NCBI GenBank assembly: GCA_964016885.1
Contig: OZ024740.1
Coordinates: 299,274,001-299,338,000 of the forward strand
From: Eledone cirrhosa
Lineage: Eukaryota
DNA: 64,000 bases
Direction of reading: 5' to 3'
Within the stretch, counting starts at the first letter, position 1. The number at the start of each line of letters is the position of its first letter. Positions 28,015 to 41,594 of the stretch are shown here, piece after piece. The position numbers and the translations under genes are program-made. The notes under the pieces are model-generated. The model was not told the origin of the DNA, made no database searches, and saw only the letters and a program-made list of their open reading frames with translations.

Positions 28015-28239
28015 TTACATATACATGTATATATATATATGCATATTTAGAAAATAAAAGTTGAATCATATTTAATGTGTTATACCCTGGCAATTGCAAC
28101 AAGTATATGTAGGAGTACAGTAACAACAAGAACAACAACGACAGTAACTATAGAGATAGTGATAACTACAGCAACACTTATAACAGCTAGAATATAATAT
28201 AAATTATAGTAACTATTGTAGTAATATCATTATATCATC

Positions 28240-28672
28240 ATTGTTTCCACTTTTGGCACAAGGCCAGCAATTAAAATCAGTGTATTACTGGTACTTTATT
28301 TTATCGACGCCGTAAGGATGAAAGGCAAAGTTAACCTCGGCGGGATTTGAACTCAGACCATAAAGGGCCGTAACTCTTTGCTGCAAAGCATGGCGTCTGA
28401 CCCTCTACCGACACTGCCAATCCACCATTATCATCATTATCATACAATAAAGTACCAGTAATACACTGGTTTATTGCTGGCCTTGTGTCAAAAGTAGAAA
28501 CAATTATCATCATTATCATCAAAAAGTTACGGCAAAGAGTTACGGCCCTTTATGGTCTGAGTTCAAATCCCGTCGAGGTTAACTTTGCCTTTCATCCTTA
28601 CGGGGTTGATAAAATAAAGTACCTGTAATACACTGGGTTATTGCTGGCCTTGTGCCTAAAGTAGAAACAATT
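28240..28672. mobile_element. SINE cluster: 28240-28426 (-), 28447-28506 (+, tail), 28536-28672 (+, 5'-truncated)
   Basis: Same SINE core and tail motifs as 19154-19338. Confidence 0.9.
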
Positions 28673-28707
28673 ATTTGTATTATACATAATAATAAATATT
28701 ATGACTA

Positions 28708-29611
28708 TTATCATCATCATCATCATCATCATAATCGTCATCATCACTGTCATCATCGCCATCATCATCACCCTCCTCCTCCTCATCGTCATCATCATCA
28801 TCACCATCACCATCACCACCACCATCGTCATCGTCATCATCACCATCACCATCACCATCACCATCATCACCACCATCGTCATCGTCATCATCATCACCAT
28901 CACCATCATCACCATCATCAACATCATCACCGTCATCACCACCATCACCATCATCATCGTTATCACCATCACCATCATCATCACCATCACCATCATCATC
29001 ATCATCACCATCACCATCATCATCATCATCATCATCACCACCATCATCATCATCATCATCACCACCATCATCATCATCATCACCATCATCATCATCATCG
29101 TCATCATTACCATCATCACCATCACCATCATCATCATCATCACCATCAGCAGCAGCAACAACAAAGAGGAATTTTGTTATCTCCATGATCAAACACGTTA
29201 CAACAGCAAAAAAAGAATATATGATGATGGTGATGGTGGTGGTGGTGGTGGTGGTGGTGGTGGTGGTGGTGATGGTGATGATGGTGATGGTGATGATGGT
29301 GATGGTGATGATGATGATGGTGGTGGCGGTGGCGGTGGTGATGATGGTGATGGTGGTGGTGGTGGTGGTGGTGGTGATGATGGTGATGGTGATGGTGATG
29401 ATGATGATGGTGGTGGTGGTGGTGGTGGTGGCGGTGGTGATGATGGTGATGATGATGATGGTGGTGGTGGTGGTGGTGATGGTGGTGGTGGTGATGGTGA
29501 TGGTGATGATGATGATGGTGGTGGTGGTGGTGGCGGTGGTGATGGTGATGGTGATGATGATGATGGTGGTGGTGATGATGATGGTGATGATGATGATGAT
29601 GGTGATGCTGG

Positions 29612-29649
<38 letters not shown>

Positions 29650-29825
29650 GTGATGATGCTGATGATGGTTCTGCTGGTGATTGTAGTGATAGTGGTGGTG
29701 ATGAAGACGATGAAGATGGTGATGGTGATGATGATGATGGTAATGGTGGTGGTGATGATGGTAATGGTGGTGGTGATGATGGTAATGGTGGTGGTGATGA
29801 TGGTAATGGTGGTGGTGATGATGGC
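28708..29825. repeat. (CAT/CAC)n tract followed by complementary (GAT/GGT)n tract
   Basis: Direct reading; about 70-nt spacer at 29150-29220. Confidence 0.95.
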
Positions 29826-29924
29826 CATGCTGATGTTGATTTTAAAACACTTCTTCAGACAGCAACAAAATCATGATTAACAGTGACACCAACATCAATG
29901 ACAAATGTGGTAATTGATAAAAAC

Positions 29925-30464
29925 ACACCACTACCATCTTACCACTACCACCAACACCACCACGACCACCACCACCACCACTACCATCTTACCACCACCA
30001 CCACTACCATCTTACCACCACCACCACCACTACCATCTTACCACCGCCACCACCACCACTACCATCTTACCACCACCACCACCTCCACTACCATCTTACC
30101 ACTACCACCACCACCACCACCACCACCACCACCATCTTACCACCACCACCTCCATTACCATATTACCACTACCACCACCACCACCACCACTACCATCTTA
30201 CCACCACCACCACCACCACCACCACTACCATCTTACCACCACCACCACCTCCACTACCATCTTACCACTACCACCACCACCACCACCACTACCATCTTAC
30301 CACCACCACCACCACCACCAGTACCACTACCACCACCACCACCATCCTCATCATTATCGTCCTTCCAATGACCATCATCGTCATTTGTCATCATTATCAT
30401 ATTCGCTATTACCACACAACCGTCACTTCTATCAGCACAAAAGTAACACACCATCTCTATCACC

Positions 30465-30495
<31 letters not shown>

Positions 30496-30560
30496 GCAAC
30501 AACAACAACAGCAACGACGAAAGCAACAGCATTATCACCACCACCACCACCACCACCACC

Positions 30561-30592
<32 letters not shown>

Positions 30593-30663
30593 CAACAGCA
30601 ACAACAACAACAGCTACGACGAAAGCAACAGCATTATCACCACCACCACCACCACCACCACCA

Positions 30664-30694
<31 letters not shown>

Positions 30695-30727
30695 GAACAA
30701 CAACAACAACAAAAACAACAAAAAAAC

Positions 30728-30761
<34 letters not shown>

Positions 30762-30830
30762 ACAGCAACGACGAAAGCAACAGCATTATCACCATCACCA
30801 CCACCACCACCACCAACAACAACACTACCA
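29925..30830. repeat. Compound minisatellites: (ACC)n-ACTACCATCTT units, then three (CAC)n(CAA)n-ACGACGAAAGCAACAGCATTAT units
   Basis: Direct reading. Confidence 0.9.
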
Positions 30831-32409
30831 AAACCATCAACCTTCCCGCTTATTCCCCTCCACCCTATTGTTTGGGACCCGAGCGTAGTTGATGACGATG
30901 AGACTAAACAACAGCAGCAACAACAACAGCAACAAAAATATCAGCATAGCTTAAACGTAAATCAATAGAATTGAGATTATTATCAACACCGCTTCAGTTG
31001 TAATTGTCATTATCGTTAAAGTCAAGAATAACAACAGCAACAACAAGAACAACAATATAGCAAAAACGAAATCATCCAAAAAATGTAGAACTGGAAATGT
31101 AGAGATAAAACGTTTATGTTACACTTGGTATTTCTTGGAAGGTCCCAAGCGCAAGACGTAGTGTCTCCAAGTATGTAACGCCCCTAGCAACATTCCGAGT
31201 TACCACTACATTCAACCAGCCCTGGCTACTTCTCTAGTCAAAAAAGTAATGATAACAACAAAAACAGCATCAACTGTAACAATAGCAACAGTTCTTTTGA
31301 TAAAGAATGACGTCAATTCTTGTAAAATATGACAAAGAAAAAAATGTACTTTGTTTTACTAAATCAATGAAGTAATTATAGCGTTGAGTCATTCATTGCT
31401 AATACTATAAATTCAAATGTAAAAAAGAAACCAGTGATGGTGAAGATTTTCCTGATGTCAGTAGTTGTATACGTTGGGTGAAATAATTTATACAATGTTT
31501 CTTTCGGAAACAAAACAGAACCGCATTTTTCTTCCTTATACGCATTTTAACCGTAAACAATAGTGGGGTCTGTTAAAGTTTTCATATTATTCGCATCACA
31601 ACAAGACGTCTGAACTAAGTAGACAAGATTCTATTTTAATTTTATTACATGCATTCATGAGCAATAATGTCGTTGAACGTTTGAACTCAAAGAGCTGTCC
31701 TACAAGCCAATCGATATTTCTCTGTAATGCTGTATCAGAGAGTGACAAAAAATGTTGGTGAACCCATCTTTTGAACATTTGAATTGTGTGCGTTGTGAGT
31801 ATTTGAATTGTAGCCACTGAAAGCTTGTTCCATATATTAGCATGTTCTGCATATTGATAGCTAAGTGCGGCTAACCATAATTGCAGTTGTAAACCGAAAA
31901 TATTTTCAATTAATTAAAATACTATTTTCGCTTTAATGAACATTTATTCACACAAGAGGGAAAGGAGAAAACTCATAAAATACTGAAAGCAACTACTAAC
32001 CAATAAGTGTATCTTAGCACGAAGCATTCGGTAGATGTTAACAGTCTTGCTAGTATTAATGCTAATATAATCATATATATCATAATATGGTAGTAGCAAG
32101 TATTAGCTCCGGTAAGCTGTAGTTTGTGAGCATTTTATACAGTATTAATGCTACAACAACCTGTAATCTGTGATGTTATCAGTTAGCAATCGTGAACACT
32201 TTCTCTTGGAAAACATTCAGTTAGTTGAGTGTTACATTCAACTAACTCAAAATTGTCAAAGAAAAAGTTTTCATCCACAATGGACATGCGTATTTTAAGA
32301 TTATCCAAATTTGTACTCTGAAAATATCGCTCCTATTATTATTGTTCTTTAGTTCCAGATTAGGTCTGGCCTCGTAAATCTATTATGAAATTACACATCT
32401 TGGTCTATA

Positions 32410-32627
32410 TTATCGGTTGATCTCGTTTGGGGATCAATCCAGATTAGTTGGAGACGGTTGCTTCTGACAGGAGCCGCTGGAAGGAGTGTTTGAGGATTCT
32501 GCCCCCACCCCCATGGCCGTGTCAGGAAAAAGTCGGCGAAAAAGAAGAAAAATAAGAAAAATAAGAAAAATAAGAAAGGGTAGAAGAAGAAGAAGAAGAA
32601 GAAGAAGCAGAAGAAGAAGAAGAAGAA
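32410..32627 (+). mobile_element. 3' end of RTE (Expander/Rex3-like) LINE with (AGA)n tail
   Basis: Translates as SRLGINPD*LETVASDRSRWKECLRILPP, resembling RTE C-termini; followed by (AGA)n. Confidence 0.6.
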
Positions 32628-35301
32628 TGTTTCCTTACCTTTCTAAAACTGTATTCTGTAATTTGAGCGAGATTTAGCCGCTATTTCTAGCAGGGCAAAC
32701 TACAACTTAGATACTCCATCGTTTGATCAACAGATAACCTATTTCAATGTTGTTGCTGGTGTTCCTATAGCTATCACAAACTCGACACATATATTTCTAT
32801 ATATGTAAAAGGTAAACAGAAATAACAAACCAAACGACATAGTATATTGAAGAAACATATTAGTTTAACACATGACATAGCAGGAAAAGTGTCTTCACGC
32901 TCCGAGCACTAATCGTTCTTCAGAGGATAGAATTAGGAATAGCATATAAAATAGAAAGATTAAGTGTGGGAAGAGGAAGGAATGGAAAAAATGAGAAAGG
33001 AAAATGGGGAAAAAAGACATGCATTCTGTCAGCGATATATATATTCATCTTGTGTATGTTATTATTACTTATGTTGTTGTCTATCTTTCCGCATATTTAT
33101 CCCAGCTTAGGCAGTGTTTCTGAAATTTCCTACATCGTCCATATTACAAAAGAAATCCAATAATGGGCAAGCCAGTTGATGATTCGTGGCTTCAACCAGA
33201 AAGAACATTCTAGAATATGTTTTCATTTTACTTTGATATTTGTCTTTCGAATCGTCCACAGAGACGTTCGGTTTCGGGAAACTGTTTTTTACTTACATTT
33301 TCTTCGTACATGTTGATGAGAATATTATAAATATGTAATGGTAGAACAATGCTAAGAATATTTCTGCTAAGTGTCGAGATGAGAGCTCTTGTGTTTTGAC
33401 TCTTCCCTGTTTCCGTTTCCTTGTAATACTACAGTGAATGATATGGCTAGGTTTTTGAAGAACAACAATTAAGCTCCTAGCTAAATAGAGCACAGTTCCC
33501 ATCCCTGCTCGAATACATTTTTATTTCATTTACACCTTTAATTACCCTTGGGAAATGCATGAACATCTCGTGTCTTGATTCTTTGTTAGAAACTTTCAGT
33601 TAGATGTAAGAACCATTAGCAGTAATATCATCAAGTATAGCAGCAACAACAACGTCAACACAAATAAATAAAGGCACAATCGGCCCAACAACAAAAATAA
33701 TACACTCAAACATAACAATAACAATAACAACAGCAACAAGGTTAGGATCAGCGACCATAACGAACTCAACAATATCATCAACAACAAGAATAAGAAGAAG
33801 AACAACAAATATTGCAAGTGTTACACAAGCACCTGCAAAATAACTTTAAAATATTATATCGATAACATTAATATCATCATCACTACCATCATCCTCCTCA
33901 TCATCGCCAGCATCGTCAGCATCATTATCATTATTATCATTATCATCATCATCATCGTTATCATCATCATAATCATCATCATCATCAACAACAAGAACAA
34001 GCCTGAAAAAAATCTTTACAAAAATAAAACCCCAAATCTGTTCGTTTCTGCTGAAATAGATTCAAGAAGAAGAAGACGAAAAGAGATGAAAGAAAATGAG
34101 AAAAAGAAAAAAAGAGAGAGTGAGAGATAGAGAAAGAGAGAGCGAGACAGACAGAGAGTGAGAGAGAGACGGTGGGGGTGGGGGTGAGGTTATAAGGAAA
34201 GTAATAAAATTTAAGAAAAAGATTTTGAAAATAAAGGAAAATAAATGAATGTAGAAATGAATAAAGAAATAAATTAAAATACCGAAAGAAATGAAATGAA
34301 GAAAAAGAAAAATGAAGAATTTAAAGAAAGCATAAAGGAAAAATGCGAAAATAAATTTGCATACGAAATTGGTGTAAATAAAACAGTAGCAACCTTTCAA
34401 AACAACATCAATAACAAATACAAGTGGAAGAAAACAAAAATAATAACAATAACAACAACAACAATAACAACAACGAGGCCGCAAAAACAACAACAAGGTT
34501 AAAAGCTATGACGTAGGTGAATAACTAAAAAAAAAGCAACCCCAAAACAAAGAAAAAAATACAAAAAAGGTACACAACAGCCACAATAAGAAAACTACTA
34601 CAACAACATCTCTTACAAGAACAACATGAGGAACACCAATAAAGTACAACAGCAAAGTAAAGAGGCATGATATACACGAGCAACAACAACAACAATGACG
34701 ACGACGAGAACAACAACAACAACAACAACAATAACAACAACAACAACAACATCGTTAAAAGCTAAGAAAACGAAAATAACAGACACACATACACATTACT
34801 AGCAGCAAGAGCATCAATAAGCAACAGTAACAAGAATCATAGTAAACAAGAAAGTTAAGTCATGCAGCAGCAGCAACAGCCTCAGCAATAACAACTGCAG
34901 CAGCAGCAACAGCAGCAGCAGCAGCAGCAAGAATAGCAGCAACAACCACAAGCATCATCATCAACAACAACACCAACAACAACGGTTACGGCTGCGACGC
35001 CATGAAGATACTGTTTGGAGATAACGTGCAACAGTTGAGTGTTTCGCTGAGATCAAAAAAGAATCGGTGTGGGGTAGATTAGAGTTTGTGGCCTGGTGTA
35101 GAAGATTGAAGAGGAGGAGAGAATGAAAACAGGAGAGGGGCAGGGTGATGGATAAAGAGATAAAGAGATGAGAAAACAAAATATACTGTAAACTACGAGA
35201 GAAGGGAAAAGAAAATGTGATTGTTAGCGAAAAACTCTAGGAATTTCATGTAGAGAGATATAGAGATGGAGTGTAAGAGATAGATATATGGATAGATAGA
35301 T

Positions 35302-35383
<82 letters not shown>

Positions 35384-35559
35384 TTTAAGAGACATATAGA
35401 AACAGAGAAAGAAAGAGTTGGAGAGAGTAAGAGGGCGAGAGAGAGTGTGTTCATTTGAGAATGCGAGAACGATTAAGGCAGAGTGTGTGTGAGTAATGAG
35501 ACAGAAAGAGAGATAGTGTATGATATAGACTTAGAGATAAGAGAGAGAGAGAGAGAGAG

Positions 35560-35591
<32 letters not shown>

Positions 35592-35644
35592 AAAGAGAGA
35601 TAGTATATGATATAGACTTAGAGATAAGAGAGAGAGAGAGAGAG

Positions 35645-35727
<83 letters not shown>

Positions 35728-35899
35728 GTAAGTCAAATTGAGAGAACAAACGAGTAAGAGAGAGATGGGGGGGGGATAGAGGTTGAGTGAGTAACCAAGA
35801 AAAGTTGATGTTTTTTGTGGATGCTGTTGATAGTTTTGTTGTCAATGTTGTTTTCGATATATTAGTGGGAAGTGAGGAGACAGCTCCCATTTCATTTCA

Positions 35900-36350
35900 G
35901 GACCTCCAGCACTGATGAATTCGATATAGTTGTTAAGTTTGAGCAGTAATAGATGCTTGCAAGTAAAATTCATGGCTGGTTGAAGGAATTCCAGGATACT
36001 GCTGTAGCGAGGAAAAAACGACTTGGTAAAGTATTTATTGTAGCGTCAAACACCGCGTGGTGGGGTGGCTGTTCCAAGGCGTCTCCGGCTTCGTCCTCCG
36101 GGGCAATATATTCTCCATCCTGTCGGTCGGGACCAAGAAGCGAAGAGCAAGTTAGTTGGAGATGGAGGATATTCGTTCGGACGTCAGACTTCTCACCCCA
36201 CTTTCAAACCCTCTATGTATTATGTATGTGCTTCTTCATGTTATATCATGAAGGTAAGGCACCTGAGGACGAGATGATGCAGTGGAACATATGTTTGAAT
36301 GGGTATATGCGGTCGTAGTATATAACTAACGTATTTTTCAATGTATTAGA
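35900..36350 (-). mobile_element. Old CR1/L2/Jockey-group LINE ORF2 C-terminal relic
   Basis: Frameshifted motifs VSYILRPH and KSFFPR/TAVSWNS (cf. the SFFPRT...WN motif). Confidence 0.5.
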
Positions 36351-36683
36351 CGTGAGTTTTCACCCCCCCCCCCAATTTGATATGGAAATTTGGCTACATC
36401 CTATTAATAATTATTTCTACTTTTGGCACAAGGCCAGCAATTACCCAGTGTATTTAATAATAGTAACAATAATTATAAAGATATATGCATATTATTCACA
36501 AGCACTGTAACGTATAATTGTATATTTAAACAGATATGCATAGTTTATAAATATTAAATATCAACGCCTGTATTGATATTTTTCGTTCGAAAGATAACAA
36601 CGATATTCATCAGACATTTATGCGCAAAAAATAACCACGAAATACAATAGATGTCGGTAGAAGCATTTAGATCTAGTAAGCAT

Positions 36684-36904
36684 TTGTAGATCTCGTAAGT
36701 TGTTTGTTAACTTCGGTGGGGAGATTTTTAAAGATTCCTGGTTAAATTTCCTGGAGAACTTTCTCGCATTCGTCGCTGGCGATTATTTGAGATCTGTTTG
36801 ACATACGCCACGGACGAATGCGAGAAAGTTCTCCAAGAAATTTAACCAGGAATCTTTAAAAATCTCCCCACTGAAGTTAACAAAGAACTTACTAGATCTA
36901 CAAA
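36684..36904. repeat. About 90-bp-arm inverted repeat (MITE-like or fold-back)
   Basis: TTTGTAGATCT...CGCATTCGTC versus GACGAATGCG...AGATCTACAAA with a spacer of about 38 nt. Confidence 0.85.
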
Positions 36905-37021
36905 ACCAAATTATAAAACTATAATACCAAAAATTAAATTAAATTGTTTAGAACAAGTGAAGTCATTCTTTTCCTCTTTTTAAATATACCTTACTGTACC
37001 AAGGATCTCACACATTTTCAA

Positions 37022-37053
<32 letters not shown>

Positions 37054-38111
37054 ATGTATTTGTGTGTATATATGTGTGTGTCTGTGTATATATATATATA
37101 TATATATAAATAATATATATATGTGTGTGTGTGTGTGTATGTGTGTGCGTGTGTGTATGTGTGTGTATAATGTGTGTATGTATGTATGTATGTATGTAGG
37201 TAGGTAGGTATATCCATTACTTTTCGAATCGAAATGCAGTAGTTACAGCCACTTTCATTTAGGATCTGGGTGAGTTGGTGAGTCATTACAAAAATAACAA
37301 TTATCAACTACTCGTTTATATTGCTTGTAGAATCACCCATCAAATGGACCTGTGTCTCGATTACTGTGTCATAGATTAACCATAGTTATGTTATCTCGTA
37401 TTCTGCTGGAGGTAATAAAATAAGGTATAACTCCTGCAACAAGAATTGTCAATTTTTCGATAAAGCAAGAATGTTTCTGCAACTCAAAGATAGGAATTAA
37501 CTATTAAAAGTAGAGCTTAACTGCAGAAAATCAATCATGTAAACAGTGTTATACAACGTCTATTCTTATATTTAATAAAACTACGTTGTTTAGAAAAAAA
37601 ATACTCTATCAAATTTGAGAAACTTTAATGAAGAATAGAATACAATTTTACGATTGAAAGATATAAAAAAGGACAAACTATTAAATCAAGTAAGCTTCGG
37701 TAATCAAACAAATAACTAAATGGCATGAAAATACACAAATACCACGAAGACAATATTTGATTACTTGTATAAATCGCCATGATAGGAATATTTTTGAGAG
37801 TGTATTGAAACTATTTTTTCCCTAGGCTTAATTCTTTATTTTATACAGGTTTCAACCAGTTGACAGATCTGATGCTTGTGTACCGCCAACATGTAGACAA
37901 TTGTAGAACATTTCCCATTGTGTGAAAGATTGACAATTAACTCACCGGATAAAATCCGTTTAGCATTGAAAGCTAATGGAATATTCTCTTTAGTATCAGT
38001 TTTCTGTCCACATGAATTAGGTCACACGACATTGAATATATGTTTTCAAGGGCACAGCAGAACACAGTTTTGCCTCCGGTTTGTTTCACATCGCATTATT
38101 CTGCTACAGAT

Positions 38112-38227
38112 GCTGAGTTCAAATCCCGCCGAGATTAACTTCGCCTTTCATCCCTACGGCGTCGATAAAATAAAGTACCAGTAATGCACTGGGTATTTGC
38201 TGGCCTTGTGCCAAAAGTTGAAACAAT
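38112..38227 (+). mobile_element. 5'-truncated SINE with 19-bp TSD
   Basis: TSD ATTATTCTGCTACAGATGC at 38095 and 38226. Confidence 0.9.
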
Positions 38228-39529
38228 TATTCTGCTACAGATGCGACTATGTAATGCATAAAAATGCTCCTTTAGTAATTCTAGTATGATACGTCATATT
38301 GTAATTATTGTATTTTTGTCCAGTTGCTAGACATGTTTCGTAAGACCCAATTGAGATCATTTTTGCCAAGACGAATATGAAAAACAAAGAAGGAAAGATG
38401 GCAAACTAATCGAACGTTTGAACGAATTGAAGGAAGAAGCTAGGAAGACTTTCTGAGATCTGTAAAGAAACTAATTTCTGACGAAACTGTCTTATAAATA
38501 CAGATTTCTTTTACTCCAGATTTGAAAACGAAATACGTTTAGATTATTTCTTCGTATATCTCGAAATGGTTGCCTTTACATATTTCAAACATTTTATGCT
38601 TTTTTAACAAAGAACCATTTGCAATATTTATATACGTTGCAAAATAGCCGCCACAGACGTAGCGGAAAGACATTTCTGCCCCAATCGTAAAAACAGTATC
38701 AACTGAAAAAGGGAATTATAAAAAATCAGTAAATGAAAATATCAAACATAGAAACAGATTTTCAAGTTTGAACACAAGACACTTAAAACTCAAAGATCAC
38801 TTAGCTGAAAATAAGAACAAACCATTAGGTGTGCAGAGTCCCTACCGTAAGGAATATAATTGATGAATGTTTTAATTGAACGTAGTGTTTTTTCAACTCT
38901 TATGTTTAACTCCTGTACTTATAGATGAGAGAGAGTTGTCCTTAATGCAAGGCCATTTGAGGAAGTCTTCAATAAACCCTAGAACAGAATGGAGTAATAG
39001 AATTCCACTTCGTAGATAAAGCTAATATAGAGGTATGTCATAGATATAAAAGGACAAGCTATGTCAATGGTTTTCTTATAAAATGTATGTTTTATATATA
39101 TATGTGTGTTTATAACTGAGATAATTTGTCAGAAATGTATTTTTAAGACACCATAAAACAGCCATTCTGAAGGTCAGAGTACATATCTATAGCATTATAT
39201 GTAGATTATCGTAGATAATACTTTCTAACCAATCCTTTACGAATTATGGAACACAACTCATGTCATATATTGGTTTTATTGCTCATAATTCATGCTGCAG
39301 GGACGTTTAATTACAAATAACAAACAATGTCTATAATGTCTATAAATCCCGCTTTAACCATTTTTCATAACTGATCGGCAGTGCTCAATGTAGGATATAA
39401 AAGGCAACATTTATAGTTAAGAAACTGTGAAAAATAACTCAATCTCGAAAACAAGCAAGTAAAGAAATGATCGATAAAATACTCATACATTCTCCCTATC
39501 ACTAATGTATATTTTTATACAAATACATC

Positions 39530-39609
<80 letters not shown>

Positions 39610-39622
39610 CACACACACACAT

Positions 39623-39653
<31 letters not shown>

Positions 39654-40437
39654 TACACACACGCACACATGATCGGTGTCGACCGTTAGCCTTACTTGCT
39701 TCTGCTGGAATCCCTTAGATGGCGCCACGTCATCAGTTTCCAAAATTCAAAGTTGAATGCCTTCAAATGTTTATTCATAAAAATACCGTGCATTGCTAGA
39801 TATGCAAAGTAACCATACTTATATGTATACAGCTATGTTAGAGCGTACTTCTTACAACATAATTATTTCTCCAAAACTATTAAAAAAATGTAGAGTTACG
39901 CCCATTGTCATTAAAAAAAAAAAAAAATGATCTACACAAGGGTCAAGAGACACACTTACTTTAACAAGGACAGAAGCGAACCTAACCATGCAATCGAAAA
40001 CACCATGCAGGAGCCTGAACGAAAAGACCATTAATCTTAAAAGAAACGTTTTGAAAATCTAAAACTGAGAAATGTTGATACATGTTATAAAATCCCCTTT
40101 TTTATATATATACAAGGTGCGTTTTCTTTTAATATCTTTTTCCTTATATAACGTCATCTGTATCGAACGTTTTCTAACTTTCGTACTCTTTTCACTCTCC
40201 TCAGCAAGGAAGATGAAAAAAACAAAAAGAAAAAACTTACCTCTTAATTTTAAATCTTTAATCATAAATTGTAATAATTACCGAAACCGGTAATACTTTA
40301 TATACATTATAAAACTCTTGTTTAAAAGAATTGTCCCTCTCAGTTTTTCAATAATGTCACTTTGACGAATCAAAGAAAAGAAGAAAAAAAAGAAAAGCAG
40401 ACCCTAAAATAAATTTGTTGTGCTATTTCCAACTTCA

Positions 40438-40539
<102 letters not shown>

Positions 40540-40609
40540 AAAGCACAATCAAGGGACATGCGTTGAAATGTCGGAGACCTCCAGCACATATATATATATA
40601 TATATATAT

Positions 40610-40940
40610 AATAAGGACTTGATGGGCCCAGCATATTTATCAATGCCAGGACCGGTTGTATCTCAGCGTACTCAATAGGTAATGTAGGATACATTCCCAG
40701 AGTATACACACAGTTATTCGCTGCAATACAACGCACATAAACGGGTGCCTATGGTAGTTCCCGAACTCGAGTTCGGCCACACTTAATGCGGCAGTAGGGT
40801 GCACTGCACCCTCTGTCTGCATATATTATGCAACAATGCATAATTGGCGTATGTGGCTTCATCAGCGGGTATCGCCTAATCAATAACCAATCGATCGACA
40901 GAATTCAACGCCAGTCCATGCCGGCTATGACTGTATGTGA
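40610..40940 (-). mobile_element. PLE 3' fragment with extended-stem-II HHR (40760-40869) and tail hairpin (40669-40704)
   Basis: CCCG-CTGATGA-AGCCACA...TGTGGCC-GAA-CTCGAG-TT-CGGG; (TA)n flanks. Confidence 0.7.
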
Positions 40941-40957
40941 CATATATATATATACAG

Positions 40958-41006
<49 letters not shown>

Positions 41007-41439
41007 GTATGTGAAACGCGTGACGCACGTAACGGGTCGATACAAAATAAATATGTTTTATATGTAAACTAAACTTCCTCGTTTTTTCTTTGAGTGCTTG
41101 ATTTGATACCAACACCACTAATTCACTGTACTACCCACGCTATATGTATAAATATATAAAAGAAAATATGGTAGTTTTCATTTTTGTTGGTAAAATGAGA
41201 TTTGTAGAATGATTATGGAATGGATAATGAATTGGCAACTAACCAGATATATCACCTAACATGTATGATTGAACCCAGCAAGATAATATTACAGGTGTTA
41301 ATCCATTGGAACTTTTTCAGGTTCCAACAATTCATGGAGTACGTATAAGTAATGTGTCTGTTAGGAAAACCATACAAGGCTTGGTAAGAAAAAAAAAAAA
41401 ATTTTTCTAACCAAGCCTCGTATGTTTTTCCTAGCACAT

Positions 41440-41585
41440 ATATGTTTATCCCGGGTTCAATCGGGAGTAACCACAATAAGTAAGGTACTCAATACATATC
41501 AGACCACAAATATTTAATATAGAAATGGCTTCTACAGGGCAAGAACTGTTTCATTCGGGAGAAATCATCATAGGGCTTCCTGATA
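41440..41585 (-). mobile_element. PLE 3' fragment with HHR broken by a micro-inversion
   Basis: Minus strand TGATGA-TTTCTCCCGAAT-GAAA-CAG(TTCTTGCC)CTG-TA-GAAGCC; the missing GGCTTCCTGAT lies inverted at 41574-41584. Confidence 0.55.
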
Positions 41586-41594
41586 TATATATAA

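Noticed and set aside
29925-30830. CRISPR-like repeat-spacer pattern
   Set aside because: The spacers are just variable-length ACC/CAA runs; eukaryotic context and no cas genes.
28598-30892. Long His-, Gly/Asp-, Thr- and Pro-rich ORFs resembling cephalopod beak or structural proteins
   Set aside because: They are open in several frames and on both strands because trinucleotide repeats lack stops; there is no signal peptide or unique flanking coding sequence.
32885-32927. Minus-strand CTGAAGA-ACG...CGT-GAAG resembling an HHR
   Set aside because: GAAA is altered and stems I and III do not close; at best a decayed PLE remnant.
38330-38900. Possible decayed transposase or exon
   Set aside because: Frames are broken by stops and no motif was recognised.
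40283-40292. Orphan GAAACCGGTA (also GAAACAGC at 42229 and 60603, and CTGAGGA...GAAA at 51899)
   Set aside because: No matching core plus stems nearby, so not enough to call a ribozyme.
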